The notes under the pieces are model-generated. The model was not told where the DNA came from, made no database searches, and worked only from the letters and a program-made list of their open reading frames with translations. Positions 37,274 to 47,503 of a stretch of DNA of 64,000 bases are shown here, piece by piece. This stretch comes from Planctomycetota bacterium (GTDB taxonomy: Bacteria > Planctomycetota > B15-G4 > SIAN01): the NCBI GenBank assembly GCA_031409275.1, contig JANNXA010000040.1, positions 32,001 through 96,000 of the forward strand, in the 5' to 3' direction. The translations under genes were made by a program, and so were the position numbers. Every line of letters starts with the position of its first letter. Positions within the stretch are counted from its first letter, which is position 1.

Positions 37274-38338
37274 CTACGGCACGAGTCGCATCAGACACGG
37301 CCCGAGCGAGCGGACCAGCGCGTAGGGCAGCGACGAGATCACGCGGCGCGGCAGGTCGAACTTCTCGTTGCCGGGGTTGATCGACGGGATCGCCCCGCCC
37401 GCGCCCAGCACGTATCGATACGCGAGCAACTTCGGCTCGAAGCCCATGTTGCGCTTGAAGTGGTACGGCCCCGTGTCGACGCGGCTGCGGCCGAAGTCGA
37501 ATCGGCGAAATCCCTCTTCGGCGGCCGCGCGCATCAGTTGCCAGTAGGCGAAGTTGCTGGCCCCGAGGCGATCCGCTTCCGCCAGCGAACCGGAGTAGTA
37601 GGGATTCCAGACGCCGCCGTGCAGGAAGCTGATCACGGCGACGACGACGCGACCTTCCTTGCGCACGACGTGCAATCGGACGCGCCGGCGGCCGAGCGCC
37701 AACAGGTCGGCGAACCACTCCGCCGCGAAGGCGGGCGAGCCGAGCTTCTGCTTGTTCAGCACGAAGAGGCGATGGAAGTCGGCAAGCGCGCCGGGCGCCT
37801 CGGCGAAGGCGAGTCCGTGCTTGTCACGCGCCTGGCGCGTCGACGCACGCGACTTGCGCGGGATGATCGCGAGGCACTCCTCGGGATCGACCGGCAGCTC
37901 GCGCGTGAACGTCGCGTAGAGCGCGGAGCCTGGCAGCGCCGCGAAGCCGCCGTCGTCCGGCGCGGCCGGAAGCTCGGCGCAGCGCAGTTCCGCGAAGCGC
38001 AGTGCATCGTCGCGAACCATCGCCACGACACGTTCGCGCAACGCGGTCGCCGCATCGCCGTCGCGTACGAGCGGTCCGCCGTAGACCGCATACGGGACCG
38101 AGATCAGCGCCGGTCCGGCCAGGAAACTGCGCGTCTCGAACAGTGGCAGCAGGCCGACGATCCGTTCGCCGCGGCGCGCGACGAGAGTGCGGCGGCGATG
38201 CGGGAAGTGGCGCACCAGCCGATCGCTCCACGCGGAGGTGTGGAACAGGGTGCCATCGGGGTGGCGCTCGACGAACTCGTCGATGCCGTGCAATGCGTCG
38301 TTTCCGCGAGGCGCGGTCGCTGCGGGCAGTTCGGTCAC
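37274..38338 (-). CDS. FemAB-related protein, XrtA/PEP-CTERM system-associated type
   Basis: LISVPYAVYGG, LGSP, PYYSG, SNFAYWQLM, FDFGRS..DTG..HFKRNMGF, INPGNEKF. Confidence 0.85.
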   Translation of the reverse strand: MTELPAATAPRGNDALHGIDEFVERHPDGTLFHTSAWSDRLVRHFPHRRRTLVARRGERIVGLLPLFETRSFLAGPALISVPYAVYGGPLVRDGDAATALRERVVAMVRDDALRFAELRCAELPAAPDDGGFAALPGSALYATFTRELPVDPEECLAIIPRKSRASTRQARDKHGLAFAEAPGALADFHRLFVLNKQKLGSPAFAAEWFADLLALGRRRVRLHVVRKEGRVVVAVISFLHGGVWNPYYSGSLAEADRLGASNFAYWQLMRAAAEEGFRRFDFGRSRVDTGPYHFKRNMGFEPKLLAYRYVLGAGGAIPSINPGNEKFDLPRRVISSLPYALVRSLGPCLMRLVP

Positions 38339-38391
38339 CAGGACCGGTTCGCTGCCGCTCTCCCCCGTCTGCGCCAAGAGCCCGCCTCCGC

Positions 38392-39591
38392 TCAGAGGGC
38401 GCCCCGATCGCCGGGACGCAACCTTCCGCGTCGCTCTTTCGGCGCGGGGCCGAGCAGGATTGAGCTCTCGTCCGGCTTGCCCTTGGCGAGGCGGGGGCCG
38501 CGCGGGCCGCCCGCGGGTGGTGGCGGTGGTGGCGGCGGCTCCTCGCCCGACGCGTCCTCCGCCGCTGGCGGCTCGTCCTCGTAACCGCCGGTGACGCGGC
38601 CGACCTTGTAGTCCTTCAGGTTGCGCGCCTGGGTGAAGATCACGATTTCGGCGACCAGCCCGATGAAGAAGGTCTGGACGCCGAGCACGATCATCAACGC
38701 GCCGAAGATGAGCCACGCCCGATTCTTCAGCCGTGTGCTCGGATCGCCGCCGCCGAGGATGAACTCGACCAGCAGGAACAGGCACGTCAGCAAACCGACG
38801 CCGAAGATCGCGCTGCCCGCCAGGCCGAAGAAGCGCAGCGGTTTGCGGGTGAAACGAGTGAGGAAGATCAGCGCCGCGATGTCGAGCATCCGGCGCAGGT
38901 AGACGCCGCCGCCGAACAGCGACCCGAGCATCTTCCCGCGCCCCTCTTCGCGCAGGTGGCGCACCTGCACCTCGGCGACCTCGTAGCCGGCGCGGAACGC
39001 CAGCACGGGCAGGAAGCGATACATGTCGCCCTGCACCGAGACATCTTCGAAGACGCGTCGCACCATCGCCCGCATCAGGCAGTTCAGGTCGTGCACCTTC
39101 GTCCGCGTCAACAGGCGCATCACCGAATTGAAGATCGCCGACTGCACGCGGTTGGTCCACGGGTCCACGCGCGGCACGCGCCAGCAGGTGACGACGTCGG
39201 CACCCGCGTCGAGCGCGTCGAGGACCTTCTGGACATCGGCAGGATCGGTCTGCAGGTACTGCGGCAGCGACAGCACGGCTCGGCCACGCGCGATCTTGAA
39301 GCCGGCGGCCAACGCGATCGACTCGCCGAAGGGCTGGTTGAACTTGATCAGGCGAACCGAAGTGCCCTTCGGGCGGCGACCGCCGAGCTCCTCGAACAGG
39401 CGCTCCGAGGCGCCATCGAGCACGAAGACGAACTCGTAGGTGACGCCGCGCTTCTCGAACTCCGCGCCGTACTGCGCGAGGATCTCATTGAACTCGACGT
39501 GTTCGTCATGCACCGGCACGATCACGGTGAGATCGCAATCGTGCTCGGCACCGCCGCGCACCGCTGGCGCCATGTCGGAGAGCGCGCTCAT
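38392..39591 (-). CDS. GT2 ArnC/DPM1-like protein with degenerate DxD motif
   Basis: VIVPVHDE, FVLDG, SLPQYLQTDP (in place of DADLQ), HDLNC, two C-terminal TMs, Pro-rich tail. Confidence 0.75.
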   Translation of the reverse strand: MSALSDMAPAVRGGAEHDCDLTVIVPVHDEHVEFNEILAQYGAEFEKRGVTYEFVFVLDGASERLFEELGGRRPKGTSVRLIKFNQPFGESIALAAGFKIARGRAVLSLPQYLQTDPADVQKVLDALDAGADVVTCWRVPRVDPWTNRVQSAIFNSVMRLLTRTKVHDLNCLMRAMVRRVFEDVSVQGDMYRFLPVLAFRAGYEVAEVQVRHLREEGRGKMLGSLFGGGVYLRRMLDIAALIFLTRFTRKPLRFFGLAGSAIFGVGLLTCLFLLVEFILGGGDPSTRLKNRAWLIFGALMIVLGVQTFFIGLVAEIVIFTQARNLKDYKVGRVTGGYEDEPPAAEDASGEEPPPPPPPPAGGPRGPRLAKGKPDESSILLGPAPKERRGRLRPGDRGAL

Positions 39592-40568
39592 CGGCCGGAC
39601 TCCGCGAAACGCAGCTTGGCATCGCCAGGACGATGCTCGGTGTAGAGCTGCTCCATTCCGGCATCGCCGACGCGATTCAGCAGCTCGCAGAGGAACCCGA
39701 GCGTCAACAACGTGACGCCGAGGTAGGTCCCGAGCGCGGAGAGGCCGGGGAAGATCACGGTGGAGAGCAGTCCTTCGTGGTCGCCGCCGCTGCGCCGCTC
39801 GGCGAGCAGCGCGCCGAAGAGGATGCCGGCCACGAGGAGGAAGACCCAGATCGAGACACGGCCGAACCAATGCAGCGGACGAAACGCGAAATGGACGAGC
39901 ATCTGCAGCACGAGGATGTCGAGCACCACCCGATAGATGCGGTTCATGCCGTACTTCGAGTGGCCGAAGCGGCGCGAATGGTGACGCACCTCGACCTCCT
40001 GCACCTTCGCTCCGAGCGCCGCCGCGAACGCCGGCACGTAGCGGTGCATGTCGGAGTACAGCGGCACGCGGTGCAGGAACTCCGCGCGGTACCCCTTCAG
40101 CGTGCAGCCGAAATCATGGAGCCGGACGCCCGAGACGCGCGCGATCACCGCATTGGCGATCCGCGACGGCAGCCGGCGCGAGAAGAAGACGTCCTTGCGA
40201 TCGCGCCGCCAACCCGAGACCACGTCGAAGCCCGCGTCGAGTTCCGCGACGAGTCGCGGGATGTCCTCGGGGTCGTTCTGCAGGTCGGCATCGAGCGCGA
40301 CGATGTAGCGGCCGCGCGCGTGGTCGATGCCGGCGCAAAGCGCGGCGGTCTGGCCCGCGTTCTGGGACAGGGTCACCACGCGGAAGCGCGGGTCGATCGC
40401 GAGGATCTCCTCGAGGCGCCGCGGCGTCGCGTCGGTCGAGCCGTCGTCGACGAAGAGCACCTCGAAACTGCGGTCCATCCCCGCGAGCACCCGGTGCAGC
40501 GCCTGCGCAAGCAGCGGCAGCGAGTCCTCTTCGTTGAAGCACGGGATGACGACCGACAGTTCCGGCAC
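39588..40568 (-). CDS. GT2 polyprenol-phosphate glycosyltransferase, ArnC-like
   Basis: SVVIPCFNEE, VDDGSTD, LDADLQNDP, VSGWR, HDFGCTLKGY, GHSKY. Confidence 0.9.
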   Translation of the reverse strand: MPELSVVIPCFNEEDSLPLLAQALHRVLAGMDRSFEVLFVDDGSTDATPRRLEEILAIDPRFRVVTLSQNAGQTAALCAGIDHARGRYIVALDADLQNDPEDIPRLVAELDAGFDVVSGWRRDRKDVFFSRRLPSRIANAVIARVSGVRLHDFGCTLKGYRAEFLHRVPLYSDMHRYVPAFAAALGAKVQEVEVRHHSRRFGHSKYGMNRIYRVVLDILVLQMLVHFAFRPLHWFGRVSIWVFLLVAGILFGALLAERRSGGDHEGLLSTVIFPGLSALGTYLGVTLLTLGFLCELLNRVGDAGMEQLYTEHRPGDAKLRFAESGR

Positions 40569-40921
40569 TGAGCCGACCAACCTTTCCGTTGCCCGCCCCT
40601 GATGAAGCGCGTGGACGACGCCAGCGAAGCGCCGTACCCACCTGCCGCGGCGTATCGACGGCCCGATTCGCTCCCCTTCAATGCCGTGGCGTCGGGCAGG
40701 ACGCATCGGAATGGAAGTCGCAATCCATAGCGCCGACGCGCGGCGGCACAATTGCTTCGTTCCGGCCGACTTTCGCAGCCATTGTCGCCCTGCCCCGCGA
40801 CCGGTAGAAAAGTCCGCCTCCGTCCACCGCAACCGGGTTCATCGAAGGCGCGTTCCTGATCGCTGCTCGGCGGCGGCGTGCCTCGACCGGTCGCCGCCGG
40901 AGCGAAGGGGGCTTGCGGCGC

Positions 40922-41986
40922 ATGGCGAAGGCGCTCGTCGTCACCCTTCGCGACACCCGCTTGCCGCCGGTCCTCCAGGCGCTTGCCGGCACCGAACTTT
41001 CCTGTGAACCGGTCCGCGCGGTCGACGCCGCCTGTCGACGCCTCACCGACCAGCGCTTCGACCTCCTCGTGGTCGACTTCGCCTCGATGCAGCGCGCGGA
41101 TCAGCGCGCAGTGGCGCCCCTGCGCTCCGCGGCCGGCGCGGTCCCGCTCCTCGCCGTCGTCGCCGCCGCAGCTCCGGCGGCGTTTCGACACGCTGTCGAG
41201 CTGCCTTCGGATGCGATCCTCGTCGATCCGATCGACCTCGACGTTGCCGCCGCCACGCTGCAGCGTCTGCTGCGCGCGCGAGCCGCCACGGTCCGCGAGA
41301 GCGATCCGCTCGAAGGGCTCTCGACATTCCTGAAAGGACTCGCGCACGAAATCCTCAATCCGCTCACGCCGATCACCGCCTTCTTGCAGATCCTTCAGCG
41401 CGACCCCGCCCTCGCGCCCGAGGTGAAGGCGCGCTACGAAATGATGGCCGAGGGGACCCGTCGCATCGAGAAGACGGTCCGTGATCTCGAGTGCTTCGCG
41501 CGTGTGCGCAAGCCGCAGCGAGCCCTCTTCGACCTCGCCGCCTTCCTTCGCGAGCAGGTGGAGCGCTGGCGCAGCGCCGATCCGCCGTTCGGCTCGACCT
41601 TGCACGCCCCCACCAAGGCACCGCTCGTCCTCGCCGATCGGGAGCAGCTCGCGGTGGCGTTCCGGCAGCTCGCTGGATTCGCGGCCGGCGGCGGCAACGC
41701 CGGCGTCGAAATCGAGCTGCGACCCGAGCGCGATGCCCTCGACATCGCCATTCGCGGCCATGCGCCCGTGCGACTGCCGCCGCGATCGGCCGATGCGCTG
41801 CTTCCCTACCACGACATTCAGGGCTCCGGGCGCCCCGGCACGCTCGACCTCGCCGCCGCCTGGGGCATCCTGCGAAGCCACCACGCCTCGCTGACCGTCG
41901 AACCGCAATCCGACTCCGCGGTCCGCTTCGCCGTCCGCTTCCCGACGGCCTCGATCTCCAGCGATGCGGAGGATGACCTGCCCTGA
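40922..41986 (+). CDS. Atypical receiver + HisKA protein with degenerate HATPase domain
   Basis: FDLLVVD receiver-like segment; LAHEILNPLT H-box; N, G1 and G2 boxes not canonical. Confidence 0.7.
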   Translation: MAKALVVTLRDTRLPPVLQALAGTELSCEPVRAVDAACRRLTDQRFDLLVVDFASMQRADQRAVAPLRSAAGAVPLLAVVAAAAPAAFRHAVELPSDAILVDPIDLDVAAATLQRLLRARAATVRESDPLEGLSTFLKGLAHEILNPLTPITAFLQILQRDPALAPEVKARYEMMAEGTRRIEKTVRDLECFARVRKPQRALFDLAAFLREQVERWRSADPPFGSTLHAPTKAPLVLADREQLAVAFRQLAGFAAGGGNAGVEIELRPERDALDIAIRGHAPVRLPPRSADALLPYHDIQGSGRPGTLDLAAAWGILRSHHASLTVEPQSDSAVRFAVRFPTASISSDAEDDLP

Positions 41987-42106
41987 GTCGGGCGGGCGCG
42001 CCGCGCCTGCAGTCGACCCCGGGAGATGGTCGATGTCCCCCGGAAGAGCGGCCCCCTCGTCCGCGTATAAGAGGTCGCCCGTTCGGCAGGCGAATTCGGA
42101 GCGACG

Positions 42107-45100
42107 ATGGCCAGGCGACGCAGTCGCACCTTGATCCTCAGCGCGATCTGGATCGCCGTCGGCGGCGGGCTGCTCGCAGGGGCAGGTCTGCTGGCATCGC
42201 GTCGCACCGACCCCGACGCCTGCAGCCGCCGAGCCGAGGAGCGCGTCGCCGTCGGCGATCTCGACTCCGCGCTTCGTGAATACGACCGCGCGATCGCGGC
42301 GCTGCCGACCGAAGGGAGCGCCAACCGCCGGCGCCGACTCGAGCTCCTCACGCGACGTGGCGAGATCAACCTCATCCGCGGCCGCGCTCGGCACGCGCTT
42401 GCCGACTTCGAAACGGCCCAGGCGCTCGACCCGAGCGACGTGCTGACCTGGGATCGCGTCGGCCGCGCCCACCTCGCGCTCGAGGAGTTCTCGCTCGCCG
42501 CCAACCACTTCGAGCAGGCCTCGAAGGAAGCGGAGACGCTCTTCCCGGATCGCCGCGAGTGGTTCCTCTTCGCTGCTGGCTGCGCTCACTTCCGCGCCTC
42601 GCGCGCGCTCCTCGCCGAAGGCACCAAGCTGCTCGAGCCGCGCGCTCGCGCCGGTTATCGCGACGAGCTCGTGCGCGCCCTCGAGCGCTTCGCCTCGAAC
42701 GCGGTGGAACCGCCGCTGCGGACGCAGATCGAGCAGCAGCTGCTCGATGGCGCGGCCGACGGGAGCGCGACCGACGAGGCGTTCGAACGGCTGCTTGCGG
42801 CGCGCGCGCTGTTCGAGCGTGGCGACCAGGCGCTCGCAGGCTTCGAAACCTCGCCGAGCCTCGAGCTCGCGTACGGCTGCGTGCGCGCCGAGATGTACCT
42901 GCAGGCCGGACGCTTCTACGAGCTGCGCCGCTTGACAGAGCTGCTGATGCAGCTGCCCGGAGCACGCGAAAGCGACGAGTTCACGGTCCTGCAGACGACG
43001 CTCGCCAACGGTCTGCACAAGCTCGCGGTTCCGTCCGAGGCGATGAGCTCGTTCCTCGCGCTGCGCAAGACGCAGGCGGAGCTCGCGGCCAACGCGCGCA
43101 CCGACGCCGAGCGCAAGCGCTTCAGCGAAGGCGCCACGCGCACCTGGCTCCTGGCGATCGAGACGCGCCTGCGACTGCGGCAAGGCAAGCAGGCGCTGCA
43201 GCTGATGGCCAACATGGCCGCCCCGCCGACGAACAACCTGCTCCTCAATTTCTTCCTCGGCTACTCCGAGTTCCTGCTCGATCACAAGGAGCGCGCGTTG
43301 CCTGGCCTCGAGACGGCCGCGCAACTCTTGATCACCGGCAACGGCCGCCATTGGCAGCTGCGCACGCCCGAGCTCACTCGCTTCGTCCTCGAGTCGCTCG
43401 TCGAGAGCCTGGGCGCCTGCGATCGCGGCGAGCTCGCCGCGCGACTGATCGCCTTCGCGTTGCCACTCGTCCCCGATCCCGCTCCGCTCATCGCCAAGCG
43501 AATCGAGTTGCTGTCTCCGCTGCGCGACATGCTTCCGGCGGTGGTCGCAGACCAGTTCAAGCTGCTGGAACTCGACCGCGCCGACGGCCGCAACCTCGCG
43601 CGTTGGGAGAAGGACTGGACGCGCCTGCGCCCGAAGAGTCCGCCCCATCTCCAGGTGGTCGCCGAGCAGGCCGAGCGCGTGCGGCGGGTCTTCGGCTCGC
43701 GCGACGCGGCCGTCGACCCGGCGCTGCGCCAGCTCGCTCAGATGGCGCTCGGCGACCGCAAGTCGAAGGTGCTGCCGCCCGGCTCGATGCAGAGCGCCGG
43801 CTCGGCACTGCTCGGCGAGCTGCAGAGCGAGCCGTGCCTCGCGCTTCAGGTCTATCGCGCACTCGTCGCTGCGGGCGAGCGGCAGCAGGGCTACCTGCTG
43901 CTGTACGGACTCGTGGCGGCGTATCCGAAGATCAGCGACTTCCGCCTGCTGCTGGCACGCCACGACCTCGCCGATGGACGGTTCGCCGACGCGGCGTTCG
44001 ACATCGAGCCACTGCTCGACACCAACCCGAACGACGCCGAGATCACGCTCCTCGCGCTCGAAGCGGCGCAGGCGCGCGGCGACGAGGAGACGGCAAAACG
44101 CATCGAAGCGCGCGCACTGGCCGGCGGCCCGACGCCACTCGCTCGCATGGTGGCGGCCGTGACGGCCTACGAGCGCGACCAGCCGCTCATCGCGCTCGCC
44201 GCCGCCAGCGGTGCCGACCTCGCGACCCCAGCGGGCCGCGCCTTGGCGGGCGTCTCCGCGCTGGTGCTGGCCAAGCGGGGCGACTTCGACGCCGCGGAAG
44301 AGCGAGCGGCCCAGGTGCTGGCCGGCGACCCGAGCGAGCGTCATGCACTCGAGGCGCTGCTCGTCGCGCTGGCCCGCCGCAAAGCGGGCGATGGCGCTGC
44401 CGCGTGCGACCAGGTCGTCGCCGAGCGCCATTCGCAGCTCGTCGAGCTCGGCGAAGAGACGCTGATCCGGCTGGCGCGCGCCACCTTAGATGCCGGCGCG
44501 TTCGCCGCTGCCGAGCGCCTCGCGCGCACCGCGCTCACGCGCGCCCCGTTCCACGCCGACGCCGAGTTCGTCCTGGCCGATGCCCTCTTCGCGCTCGGTC
44601 AATACGACGAGGTCGACACGCTGCTCGCCGCGCCGCGCCCCGGCCAGACCCAGCTCGCCCGCACGCGCCGCGTCGCACTGGCGCGCGTCGCCCGCGACGG
44701 ATCGCGCGCCGCGTGGAGCTGGCTGCGCGAACGAGTCGCGGCCGGCGAACGTGAAGCGGACCACGCGCTGTGGATGGCGATCACCGGTTGCGCCGCGGGC
44801 CACGCTCAGCAAGCCCTCGACGCGCTGGTGCGTCACGCCTGGATCGTCGGCGACGACGACCAGCGTTTCCTCGCGCTGGCGATCGCGGTGCACGATGCGC
44901 CGTTGAGCGATCAGCTGCCGTTCACGTCGATCGTCGATCGCGTCGCCGCGCTGCGCGCGCGCAAGAGCAGCGGCGACCGCGAGCTCGAACGTTTCGTCAG
45001 CCTCGACCTCGCCACCACCGGCCATCGCTTCGTCGAGGAACTCTGCGAACTGCGAATGATCCAGGACCTGCCGGAGCTCGCGATCCTGCGCCGCATGCGC

Positions 45101-46441
45101 GAACAGCGCCTGCAGGAGCGCTACCCGGGGCTCGGCGGGCTGACGCGCGCGCGCGCCAACTCGCTCGACCTCGAAGGACGCGGCAACGAGGCCGGTGCGC
45201 TGCTCGTCAGTCAGCTGCGCGTCGATCCCAACGACGGCGAGACGTTGCGCTACCTGCTGCCGTTCACGCGCACGCTCTCGTCGGCGGACATCGAGTTCGC
45301 CATCCAAAGCGCCGCCAGCGCGCAGCTCACCGATGGCGAACGCCAGCTGCTGACCGCGGGCGCCGCAGAGCTCGCGGGCGAAACCGCCAAAGCGGCTGAC
45401 CTGCTGGTCGCGGCAACGGCCGACGCGGAATCACGCGCGCTGGCACTGCTGGCGTTGGCCGAACTCGGCGCCGCATCGACTCCTACGCTCGACAGCGGCC
45501 TCCCGCGCGCCCCCTGGTGCGAGGCCGCCGACCGGGCCAAGGCCAGCACCAGCCACGCCGAGCTCTATTCCGCCGTGGTCGCCGTCGCGCACGACGCCAA
45601 CGCCGATGCACGTCTGCGCGCACGCCTCGCGCGCCGCCTCGCGACCGAGAGCCAGACGATCCCGCCCGAGCTCGCCCGCGAACTCGCGCTCAATCTGGTC
45701 GCACAACCCGGTCCCTGGTTCGCCGCCTACGACGCCGTCACCGATGACCTGCTCGACGCGGCGCCCGACCTCGCGGCGCTCGACCGCGTCTCGGCGTCGC
45801 TCGACGCCGCGATCGCGCAGCAGAGCGACGAGCGGCTGCCGTTCGAAGCGGTGAACTCGCTGGCGCGATTGGCCATCCTCGCGCGCCGAGCCGGGGTCCC
45901 GGAACGGGGCGCCGAGTGGCTCGCGCGTGCCGAGCGCGATTGCCCGGTCCATCCGCTCGTCCTCGCGGAACGCGGTCGCGAAGCCGCCGCGAACGGCGAT
46001 CGGGAGTTGGCTCAGAATCGCTTCGAGCTGTCGCTCAGCTTCGGCAATCGCGATCCGGAGATGTTCCTCTGGCTGGCCGAGCGCGAGCTCAACGTGCAGG
46101 GTCTGGCCCTGCCGGCGCTCGAGCACGCGACGCTGGCGCTTGGCGCGTCGCCGCGCGACGCGACCCTGCGAGCGCGCGCCCAGGAGTTGATCGCCCGCAC
46201 CAACTTCCTGCTCGGAGCGACCGATCGCGCGCAATCGGCATGGGAGGCGGCGTGCCGCGAGCGCGGCGACGATCCGAACCTCTCGGTCGACATCGCGCTC
46301 GAGAGCGTGGCGCGCTACGGACCCAAGGCCTCGATGCCGCGACTCGAAGCGCTCGTGAGCGCGGACGGCCCCTACGCGCCGCTCGCTCGGCGGCTGCTCG
46401 CGCTCGCCACCGCCCCTGCGCAGAGCGAACCGAAGCCGTAG
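42107..46441 (+). CDS. Large membrane-anchored TPR/alpha-solenoid protein (1444 aa)
   Basis: N-terminal TM; TPR-like repeats (ALADFETAQALDPSD, LLDTNPNDAE, ALTRAPFHAD); GGAG SD. Confidence 0.75.
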   Translation: MARRRSRTLILSAIWIAVGGGLLAGAGLLASRRTDPDACSRRAEERVAVGDLDSALREYDRAIAALPTEGSANRRRRLELLTRRGEINLIRGRARHALADFETAQALDPSDVLTWDRVGRAHLALEEFSLAANHFEQASKEAETLFPDRREWFLFAAGCAHFRASRALLAEGTKLLEPRARAGYRDELVRALERFASNAVEPPLRTQIEQQLLDGAADGSATDEAFERLLAARALFERGDQALAGFETSPSLELAYGCVRAEMYLQAGRFYELRRLTELLMQLPGARESDEFTVLQTTLANGLHKLAVPSEAMSSFLALRKTQAELAANARTDAERKRFSEGATRTWLLAIETRLRLRQGKQALQLMANMAAPPTNNLLLNFFLGYSEFLLDHKERALPGLETAAQLLITGNGRHWQLRTPELTRFVLESLVESLGACDRGELAARLIAFALPLVPDPAPLIAKRIELLSPLRDMLPAVVADQFKLLELDRADGRNLARWEKDWTRLRPKSPPHLQVVAEQAERVRRVFGSRDAAVDPALRQLAQMALGDRKSKVLPPGSMQSAGSALLGELQSEPCLALQVYRALVAAGERQQGYLLLYGLVAAYPKISDFRLLLARHDLADGRFADAAFDIEPLLDTNPNDAEITLLALEAAQARGDEETAKRIEARALAGGPTPLARMVAAVTAYERDQPLIALAAASGADLATPAGRALAGVSALVLAKRGDFDAAEERAAQVLAGDPSERHALEALLVALARRKAGDGAAACDQVVAERHSQLVELGEETLIRLARATLDAGAFAAAERLARTALTRAPFHADAEFVLADALFALGQYDEVDTLLAAPRPGQTQLARTRRVALARVARDGSRAAWSWLRERVAAGEREADHALWMAITGCAAGHAQQALDALVRHAWIVGDDDQRFLALAIAVHDAPLSDQLPFTSIVDRVAALRARKSSGDRELERFVSLDLATTGHRFVEELCELRMIQDLPELAILRRMREQRLQERYPGLGGLTRARANSLDLEGRGNEAGALLVSQLRVDPNDGETLRYLLPFTRTLSSADIEFAIQSAASAQLTDGERQLLTAGAAELAGETAKAADLLVAATADAESRALALLALAELGAASTPTLDSGLPRAPWCEAADRAKASTSHAELYSAVVAVAHDANADARLRARLARRLATESQTIPPELARELALNLVAQPGPWFAAYDAVTDDLLDAAPDLAALDRVSASLDAAIAQQSDERLPFEAVNSLARLAILARRAGVPERGAEWLARAERDCPVHPLVLAERGREAAANGDRELAQNRFELSLSFGNRDPEMFLWLAERELNVQGLALPALEHATLALGASPRDATLRARAQELIARTNFLLGATDRAQSAWEAACRERGDDPNLSVDIALESVARYGPKASMPRLEALVSADGPYAPLARRLLALATAPAQSEPKP

Positions 46442-46450
46442 CCGACCGGC

Positions 46451-47503
46451 CTAGCTGAGGATCATCCGCGCGGCGGCGGCGCCGACAGCGGCGGAGGCGG
46501 TGAGGCCGTGGCCGCCGAGTCCCGCCACTCGCTGCACCCCGCGCGGATGAAGGAGCGGACCGACCACGAATCGTTCGTCGGGACGTCGCGTGCGATGGCC
46601 GGCCCAGAAGCGCATGGTCGCCGCCCCCGCCGCGCGGGGCCACGCACGCGCGAACTTGGCGCGGATCGCCGCCGCTTGCGTCGGATCGACCTTGCAGTCG
46701 CCGGGCGGGTCGGGCGATTCATCGCAGGCGCACAGCAGCAACCCTCCCGCTTCGGGTCGTGCGTAGAAGTCGCGAAGGTGGTCCCACACCCATGGCGCGT
46801 GCGAATCGAGCCGACCATCGGGCGCCGTCTGGAGCAAGTGGCGACGCGTCGATCGCACTCCGTCGTCTGCGGCGCCGAGCGCTGCGACGAAACTTGGGGA
46901 CCACGCGCCGCAGGCGTCGACGAGCACGCCGCAGCCGATCCGCCGCCCGCCCACTTCAACGGAACGCACCGCTCCTTGCACGACCTCGACCTGCCCGAGC
47001 GGCGCGCCAAGGTGCACCGTCGCTCCTTGCGCCTGCGCTCCGGCAACGAATCCCGCCACGACGGCACTCGAGTCGGCCACCCCATCGTCGGGCGCGAAGA
47101 GGATCTCCGCGCCGTCCGGCAGGACGTAGTCCGGAAGCGCGCGCGCAAAGGCGGTCACGCTCGATCGTTCGACACCGCTCCGCGCCCACGCTTGCGCCTG
47201 CTCTCGCGTCACCACCAGGAAGCCGCCGGTACGCCGGAAACCGGTCGTGCCCGCGAAGTCGGGCGGCGGAGCCGCGAGGAACGCCGCGCCTTCGTCGCAG
47301 AAGCGATCGAGTTCCTGGTCGCCAGTCGAGCGCCGGACGATGCCGGCGTTGCGGCCCGAACTGTGACGCGCCAACGTCGTCTCCTGCTCGACCAGCAGCA
47401 CGCTGGCGCTGCGCGCGCGCGCGACCATGAAGGCCGTCGCCGCGCCGGCCAGCCCGGCGCCAGCGATGACGACGTCGTAGCGCGCGTCGAGTCGACTGCT
47501 CAC
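46451..47503 (-). CDS. FAD-dependent oxidoreductase, DAO/DadA-like family
   Basis: VIAGAGLAG, SSGRNAG, DACGAWS, WAGHRT..PD, GLGGHG. Confidence 0.85.
   Translation of the reverse strand: MSSRLDARYDVVIAGAGLAGAATAFMVARARSASVLLVEQETTLARHSSGRNAGIVRRSTGDQELDRFCDEGAAFLAAPPPDFAGTTGFRRTGGFLVVTREQAQAWARSGVERSSVTAFARALPDYVLPDGAEILFAPDDGVADSSAVVAGFVAGAQAQGATVHLGAPLGQVEVVQGAVRSVEVGGRRIGCGVLVDACGAWSPSFVAALGAADDGVRSTRRHLLQTAPDGRLDSHAPWVWDHLRDFYARPEAGGLLLCACDESPDPPGDCKVDPTQAAAIRAKFARAWPRAAGAATMRFWAGHRTRRPDERFVVGPLLHPRGVQRVAGLGGHGLTASAAVGAAAARMILS

Noticed and set aside
40373..44431. 1352-aa minus-strand ORF and the many other long overlapping ORFs (e.g. 10494-12671, 14170-16668, 22325-24178, 31528-33519)
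   Set aside because: Antisense or alternate-frame shadows of real genes in stop-poor high-GC DNA; Arg/Ala/Gly-rich with no family motifs.
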